From a virus (lineage: Duplodnaviria > Heunggongvirae > Uroviricota > Caudoviricetes): a DNA stretch of 64,000 bases. The notes below the pieces were generated by a model. That model was not told where the DNA came from. It worked only from the letters and a program-made list of their open reading frames with translations, and ran no database searches. The position numbers and the translations under genes were made by a program. Shown piece after piece: positions 58,539 to 64,000 of the stretch (position 1 is the stretch's first letter; each line of letters starts with the position of its first letter). The DNA lies in the IMG/VR virus record IMGVR_UViG_3300012983_000002, one strand, 5' to 3'.

Positions 58539-59182
58539 TACAGGATAAATGCGCCTTCTCCCTGCTCCTCTGCACTATTCTTGATGGCTTTCTTAGATTT
58601 AGGTTCAGGCTCTATATTAAGTCGTTTCTTAATATCTTTTGCTATCTGTTTATAGTGCTTAGCTTGCTCTTCTTTAGCCTCTACATCAGCACTGTCCTGA
58701 GCAGCATCTCTATTTAAATACCAGGTGAGAGCTCCTGTGGCAGTACCAGCGCCCGCACCCAGAAGTGCGTACATTTTATACAGCTCTGGCAGGGTACCTG
58801 TTGCTGTACCAAATACTTTAGACAGAAGTCCTCCGAGTACGCTAGGAGATGCTGATTTTTCCATCAGTTCCTCATGTACAGCGCGAGCTTGCTTGTGTAG
58901 CGACTTCACTACAGGTACGATAAATTTCTCTACGGATACAGGAGAAAGTACTGAGGCACTTTTTGCCATAGTATCGTAGAGATGGAATTCTACAGAAGAG
59001 TCCATTCCTGCTGCTTTAAAACACGCCGCAGCAATTTTGCAGATGTCTTTCTGGATAGTTGTATCAGAAAGCATAGCATTCGAGAAAGCGGAATGTCGAA
59101 CTACCTCTCCTGGAGTAACTCCTAAATTTGCACAGGCGATCTTTACACCGGCGTTGAAACCTTTGCTGTAATTTTCATTCAT
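58538..59182 (-). CDS. hypothetical protein
   Basis: 214-aa ORF. Confidence 0.5.
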   Translation of the reverse strand: MNENYSKGFNAGVKIACANLGVTPGEVVRHSAFSNAMLSDTTIQKDICKIAAACFKAAGMDSSVEFHLYDTMAKSASVLSPVSVEKFIVPVVKSLHKQARAVHEELMEKSASPSVLGGLLSKVFGTATGTLPELYKMYALLGAGAGTATGALTWYLNRDAAQDSADVEAKEEQAKHYKQIAKDIKKRLNIEPEPKSKKAIKNSAEEQGEGAFIL

Positions 59183-60012
59183 AATATATCTCTATAAGAA
59201 AGTGGTCTAAAGTTAAAGTCAAATGTTGTCTGTTGGGGTTTAAAGAAATTATTAGCAATAATATTTGTCCCTAGTGCTCCTAGTACACCTCCTAACAATG
59301 TGCCTGTGGCAGAGCTGGTTCCAAATAAGAATTTTGCAATTATAGCCCCTACACCGAAACCTAGTGCAGCTCTTACAAGGTTTGCTAATTTTTCTGCATC
59401 ACTGCGGCTCATATTTTTAACAGCCGCAGCAAGACGTACTTTCTCGCCAACTCCTATATCATTTGCACTTTGCAGTTTTTCTAAAATGAAATTGCGAGGG
59501 TCGGTGTAGGTAGCGGCTGATTTTTGAAGATACATTGCTGACGGATTTCTTCTGCTGCGAACAAACCCATTATGACCTCCTAACAACGCACCTAAAGCTC
59601 CGCCAGCTAAAGCCCACTTACCTACAGACGTTTTACCTAAAAATAATCTAGCAATAAGACTAGCTAAAGCTCCTCCTCCAGCTCCCAGTACACCTCCTAC
59701 TGTAGCGCCGCTAAGAATACCACCATTAGCGGCTCGGCCTAGGAATCCATCTACTCGCGACTGGCTTTTATCTCGTAAATATTTTCCTACACTGTAAGCT
59801 ATAGGTGACTGATCTGCGGGACTGTCATACGGGCTATATCCAAATTTAAAGGCTTTGTCTGGATTATTGGCTCTCCACTCCGCAGCAGCAGGGGTGTCAG
59901 CCATAGCCATAGCCCTGTCCCCTGTAAATTTAAATGTATCGCCGTTGATGTAGCGACGCTCTATAGTTGGCTCAGGTCCTGGTATAATTGTATCTTCGTA
60001 TGTAGCTGGCAT
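59179..60012 (-). CDS. glycine-rich membrane-like protein
   Basis: Repeated GGxLGAxGG hydrophobic glycine zipper segments. Confidence 0.5.
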   Translation of the reverse strand: MPATYEDTIIPGPEPTIERRYINGDTFKFTGDRAMAMADTPAAAEWRANNPDKAFKFGYSPYDSPADQSPIAYSVGKYLRDKSQSRVDGFLGRAANGGILSGATVGGVLGAGGGALASLIARLFLGKTSVGKWALAGGALGALLGGHNGFVRSRRNPSAMYLQKSAATYTDPRNFILEKLQSANDIGVGEKVRLAAAVKNMSRSDAEKLANLVRAALGFGVGAIIAKFLFGTSSATGTLLGGVLGALGTNIIANNFFKPQQTTFDFNFRPLSYRDIL

Positions 60013-60013
60013 T

Positions 60014-60343
60014 TTAACTTATCGAGTATGCGTTTCTTGCGGGACTTTCAACCCAATATCTGCGACCGTACCCAGTGCCGCTTATGCAGTTTTTAAAATC
60101 ATTAGTGTATCTTCCAAACGGAGCACGAGCGACATCTGGTGATACATTTTTATTAGCACTTGGTTTAGGCACGTCAGTCTTATCAAACTTAACCAAGTCA
60201 GCCTTCCTTTCCTCGCTACCATTTATCTTCACAATTCCAGGTTTTATGCCCGGCTTCGGTGGAGTATAGTCTCTGGACGCTGCAGCTGTAGGACTGTACG
60301 TATACGATGCACTTGCTAGTTTTAATATATATAAGTCATTCAT
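60014..60343 (-). CDS. hypothetical protein
   Basis: 109-aa ORF. Confidence 0.45.
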   Translation of the reverse strand: MNDLYILKLASASYTYSPTAAASRDYTPPKPGIKPGIVKINGSEERKADLVKFDKTDVPKPSANKNVSPDVARAPFGRYTNDFKNCISGTGYGRRYWVESPARNAYSIS

Positions 60344-60355
60344 ACTTTTGTCCTG

Positions 60356-62194
60356 TTACTGTTGACCTGCCATCTTTCTTCCCTGAGAAGCTCCCTGCTG
60401 TCGTATTTCCTCCATATGACGTTTAACAACAGCGTATAGAGTCGGGTTAGACGCTTCGATTTGCATCATAGCTTTTCTACGTTCACCATTATCCTGTATC
60501 TGCAGAAGTCTCATGGCCTCTTGCTCACCTTGCTGCTCAATGTCCAGAGGAGTAACACCTCCCTGACCACCGCCACCTCCAGCCGGAGCAGCACCTTCAG
60601 CAGGCATACCTCCTCCAGGTCCTCCGGTAGCTTGCATCATAGCTTCCACTACTTGGTTGGCGGAGCCTAGTGTCATTTCGCGTTCGAAATCTTCGCTGGC
60701 TTTTTGTCTAGCTTTTTCGATTTCGAAATCTTCTTGCGATCGCCTCATTACCTCTTGTACGGGATTGTCGATATTAAAGGCTCTGTATGCTGTAGCGCGA
60801 GATACCTCACCTCCAGCCGCAAGCTGTAACCATACGTGTCTCTTCTCCATATCGTCAGCGACAGAAGGAAGCATAAGCTTAATACTTACAGGCTCTTTTT
60901 CAAGATAACCTAAGATATTTTTTACAGCCCAGCGTACTGCGTTATTGAAGTTTCTTTGTAAATGTACGAATGTGGATTCAAACAGGCGTATCGCTGTTGG
61001 AATTTGAGCAGTCTGTAATGACATGTGCCATAGTTCTGCTGGGTAGCCCATACCGTCTAATAGCTCGTCCTGATGGAATTTCATCAACTCTACAGGAGCA
61101 AGTGCTTTACCGTTAGCACCAAGTTCCTGGTATGTTACAGGGAATGGTACTGTCTGAATAGATGTGAGATCTTTACGGCGAGCAGCAATAAGTTGCTTCA
61201 TAGCTGCATGCCACGCGCCCAGGTTGGTAGACATAGCAACATCATTTCCGTGTTGACTGCCAACTGGAGTAGGGCTGAGCAATCTGAAAGGAAGCATGTA
61301 ATCCATACCTACAGCTTCATTAATACAACGTAAAACTTGAAGCTGGTGAATGTTATTATAATTCAGAAGAATATTAGGAATACCCCAGCCGTTGTATGAC
61401 AACCCTGATATGAATGGATTCTTGAAGTGATAAATGTTACCTTGGTTGAAGGCGAAATTACAATTATCACGAATAGCTTGGAGCATGTCCATCGGAGTAT
61501 CATTAATTTGATGAATATGCGATCCCTCCCTAACAGCTGCTGCAAAGAATTCTTCGAATCGATATATGTACTCGCATTGTCCAGAAATTAGGTTCATGTT
61601 GATCATCATACGTAATGGGTTCAGTAGACGAACTTTGATACGATTTTGATCAAATGACTTTCTATCAATGAATTCCATATCCACTCTACTCTGCTTGTCG
61701 GACTCCATATGCAGAGTTCTGGGATCAGGAACATTGTATGTCATGTTGGAGAGATTAAATTTAATATCTCTACCAAAAGCTTCTACAGCTATCTCTTTGT
61801 AACCCCCACCTCGACGATCCACCAGGAATCTATTAAAAGGATAATAGATCCACATGAAGCTGTTGCCATAAATCATCTGCTCCATTCCTGCCTGCTGTAG
61901 AATATCCAGCATGCGAATAGAGTTTGTCAGATAATCTTTTAAGTTGTTTTGCTCCTCTGGATCTCCTGCCTTTCCTACAAACTCGAAATCAGTAATAAAG
62001 TGTGAAACTGTGCGCCTAGTAGCCTGAGTGTAAGAAGGATTCTGAATTGCCAGGAAAAGGCAGAATTCCAGAGCGGTATAAAAATCTTTGGGAATATAAA
62101 GATTAGAGCTCATCACGAACGGGTCGTGGAACTCTTTTGTCCCGTGAAAAAAAGACTTTAAGTTAGGATCTCCTGAAGTGATAGCTGAAGACAT
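60356..62194 (-). CDS. large hypothetical structural protein (612 aa), possible portal
   Basis: Size and Gly-rich C-terminal tail (GGPGGGMPAEGAAPAGGGGGQGG). No definitive motif. Confidence 0.35.
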   Translation of the reverse strand: MSSAITSGDPNLKSFFHGTKEFHDPFVMSSNLYIPKDFYTALEFCLFLAIQNPSYTQATRRTVSHFITDFEFVGKAGDPEEQNNLKDYLTNSIRMLDILQQAGMEQMIYGNSFMWIYYPFNRFLVDRRGGGYKEIAVEAFGRDIKFNLSNMTYNVPDPRTLHMESDKQSRVDMEFIDRKSFDQNRIKVRLLNPLRMMINMNLISGQCEYIYRFEEFFAAAVREGSHIHQINDTPMDMLQAIRDNCNFAFNQGNIYHFKNPFISGLSYNGWGIPNILLNYNNIHQLQVLRCINEAVGMDYMLPFRLLSPTPVGSQHGNDVAMSTNLGAWHAAMKQLIAARRKDLTSIQTVPFPVTYQELGANGKALAPVELMKFHQDELLDGMGYPAELWHMSLQTAQIPTAIRLFESTFVHLQRNFNNAVRWAVKNILGYLEKEPVSIKLMLPSVADDMEKRHVWLQLAAGGEVSRATAYRAFNIDNPVQEVMRRSQEDFEIEKARQKASEDFEREMTLGSANQVVEAMMQATGGPGGGMPAEGAAPAGGGGGQGGVTPLDIEQQGEQEAMRLLQIQDNGERRKAMMQIEASNPTLYAVVKRHMEEIRQQGASQGRKMAGQQ

Positions 62195-62379
62195 TTACTG
62201 GCAAGTTTACTTATCACCAGTATACATTGCCTCCATGGCCTTTTCAAGTTTCTCAGCAGCTCCTGTTAGCTTGTCTTTTTCTCCTTTAGTAAATGCGTTT
62301 CCGTTTTTAATAAAATCGGAACGTTTACCTGATTCTATAGAAGGTGTAATACCTTCTCTTATTACTGCTTGTTTTTCCA

Positions 62380-62841
62380 TTATTCTACTATGACGAATGA
62401 TATATGTTTAAATTTTCCAAAGTTATGACTACCGCCAGCCCAGCACACTTTGTAAGGAGCCCCTTCGACTGTGAGGTGTAGCGGTGTTAGTTTTGGAAGT
62501 TTTAATTGAATAGTGTCTTGCATAAGAATAGATACACTATCCTCGCTTATATCTACACTCATTGCTTTTAGACCCACAGACATCAATTTTGTATCATGTG
62601 GGTATGCTACCTCAAAGTGTATATTTTTATTTTCTATAGTTACTGTATTCTCGTCTGTATGAGAGGAGCATACTTCTTCGACGTACTGGACAGGAGTGCT
62701 TGCTACTCTAGAGTCGTGTGTTTGTTTTTTAGGCAACTCCTCTACAACTTCTCCGGCAGCTCTTCTCATCATACGCTCAGATAAATTATTAGAACGTCTG
62801 AACCCAGCTGCATTAGTACTGTTTAATTCGTGATCTACCAT
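62380..62841 (-). CDS. hypothetical protein
   Basis: 153-aa ORF. Confidence 0.5.
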   Translation of the reverse strand: MVDHELNSTNAAGFRRSNNLSERMMRRAAGEVVEELPKKQTHDSRVASTPVQYVEEVCSSHTDENTVTIENKNIHFEVAYPHDTKLMSVGLKAMSVDISEDSVSILMQDTIQLKLPKLTPLHLTVEGAPYKVCWAGGSHNFGKFKHISFVIVE

Positions 62842-63511
62842 TTGGTTTTAATTTATTTATGAATTTTTTTAGTAAACGGACAGCTTTTGCTATATTACTA
62901 TCAGATATATCGCACACGTACTTACTAGCTAGATCTTCTCCTGTAGATACTAACAATTCCAAGTTGTATGACGCCCCAGAAGGAAAGTGCGATAATCGAA
63001 ATATAAAGTTAACCCCAGGCAATTCTACAGGGGTTACGTGTAAATTTACGTAACTAGGATAAGTATTAAATACAGTATCCGCTGATATTACGAACATTGT
63101 ATTAGGCATGAAGATTTGTATATGTGTGGCCAATCTAGTGGCTATAGCTGACAAAGCCAAAGTAGCCGCACTCTTATCCCTGGATAGTAGTGGTTGGGTA
63201 AGAATTGTCTCGTTACCATCAAATCCTCCTAATAAAAAATTAATACTTAGTTGCGTGTCCGTCGCGGATACCCCGGCTTCGCAAAGTTCTTTTATACGAA
63301 GTCTATGGGTGTGACTTTTAGGGATACATTTGCCTTGCTCCCAGTTTACTATTGTGTGTACAGTAGTACCTAGCTCGTAAGCTAACGCTGTTTTGGTCGC
63401 TTTAGGTAAGGCTAGCCTAGCCAACTTTACTCTTGTTGGCCATGACAGTCTGTTGTAATCGGTCAGAGTCATAAAATTGTGGACGTCCATTACTATAATG
63501 GACGTCCACAA
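62813..63511 (-). CDS. hypothetical protein
   Basis: 232-aa ORF. Confidence 0.5.
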   Translation of the reverse strand: MWTSIIVMDVHNFMTLTDYNRLSWPTRVKLARLALPKATKTALAYELGTTVHTIVNWEQGKCIPKSHTHRLRIKELCEAGVSATDTQLSINFLLGGFDGNETILTQPLLSRDKSAATLALSAIATRLATHIQIFMPNTMFVISADTVFNTYPSYVNLHVTPVELPGVNFIFRLSHFPSGASYNLELLVSTGEDLASKYVCDISDSNIAKAVRLLKKFINKLKPNGRSRIKQY

Positions 63512-63536
63512 TAAATTAAATAATTAATTATTATTA

Positions 63537-63770
63537 TTAGCGACCTTGACGCATAGCTGCTACTTTAGCCATTACACCTTCGCGTACAGCAGCAATGCGA
63601 GAAGCGCGTTTGTGCAGTAGACCACCTTCGGCAGTGTAAAGTGTTGTAGCGTCTTTGGCCATTTCAGGAGTGAACCCGTGATTGATAAGACTCTGAGCGA
63701 AACCTGCAGAAGCTGCTTTAACTTGAGCTTCTCGAATCGCGACGATCTGTTCGTTAGTGAGATTATTCAT
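63537..63770 (-). CDS. small hypothetical protein
   Basis: 77-aa ORF. Confidence 0.45.
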   Translation of the reverse strand: MNNLTNEQIVAIREAQVKAASAGFAQSLINHGFTPEMAKDATTLYTAEGGLLHKRASRIAAVREGVMAKVAAMRQGR

Positions 63771-64000
63771 AATGTTGAAACGTATACGTTAATCATATTA
63801 TGAATATTTAGCAAAGAGTTGTCAACAGTCCCATGGATCGTCAGGCTCTTCATACGCTCCCTGCCACACAATAACCTGATCGTCTCTTATACCGAAGTTG
63901 CTTAAAGTGTCGTACAGGTTTAATGTGTAGTCTACACTTTTAACTTTTCCGGAAAGTGTTTTGGCGGAACATGTATTAACTAAATTAGAAAGTTCCGAGT

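Overview
This window looks like part of a large tailed dsDNA bacteriophage genome of about 43% GC, not a cellular chromosome. Genes are densely packed, nearly all on the minus strand, and no rRNA, CRISPR array, integrase or transposase is present. Recognisable phage genes include an endolysin (peptidoglycan-binding domain fused to an Amidase_3 domain), fibre-like glycine-rich proteins, a LAGLIDADG homing endonuclease, a zinc-finger/DUF559 nuclease, thymidylate kinase, GroEL and GroES, and a tRNA cluster (Gly, Asp, Glu and initiator-like Met, with two weaker Val/Asn candidates). It also encodes a RuvC-like resolvase, a Cas4-like nuclease, a Nudix protein, an HD-domain protein, an SPFH protein, a metallophosphoesterase and a thioredoxin-like protein.

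The standout feature is a complete diversity-generating retroelement (DGR) at 6524..12640 on the minus strand. It has a reverse transcriptase with the YMDD motif and the DGR-specific IGxxxSQ motif at 6524..7669. A 99-bp template repeat lies at 7861..7959, packed with AAC codons in the target reading frame. Two paralogous target genes of about 740 aa sit at 8079..10292 and 10403..12640. The 3'-terminal variable repeat of each differs from the template only at template adenines, and each is followed by an identical GC-rich element and hairpin. No avd gene is evident.

Other notable loci are a tandem array of seven divergent paralogous small ORFs at 21701..24667 and an amidoligase plus class-II glutamine amidotransferase (Ntn-hydrolase) pair at 29141..31023. 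There is also an Ala/Gly tandem-repeat protein on the opposite strand, a 1149-aa Cys-rich protein on the plus strand, and an AT-rich repeat-laden intergenic region at 47053..47383. Most other ORFs are hypothetical; the products named above rest on conserved motifs read directly from the translations.
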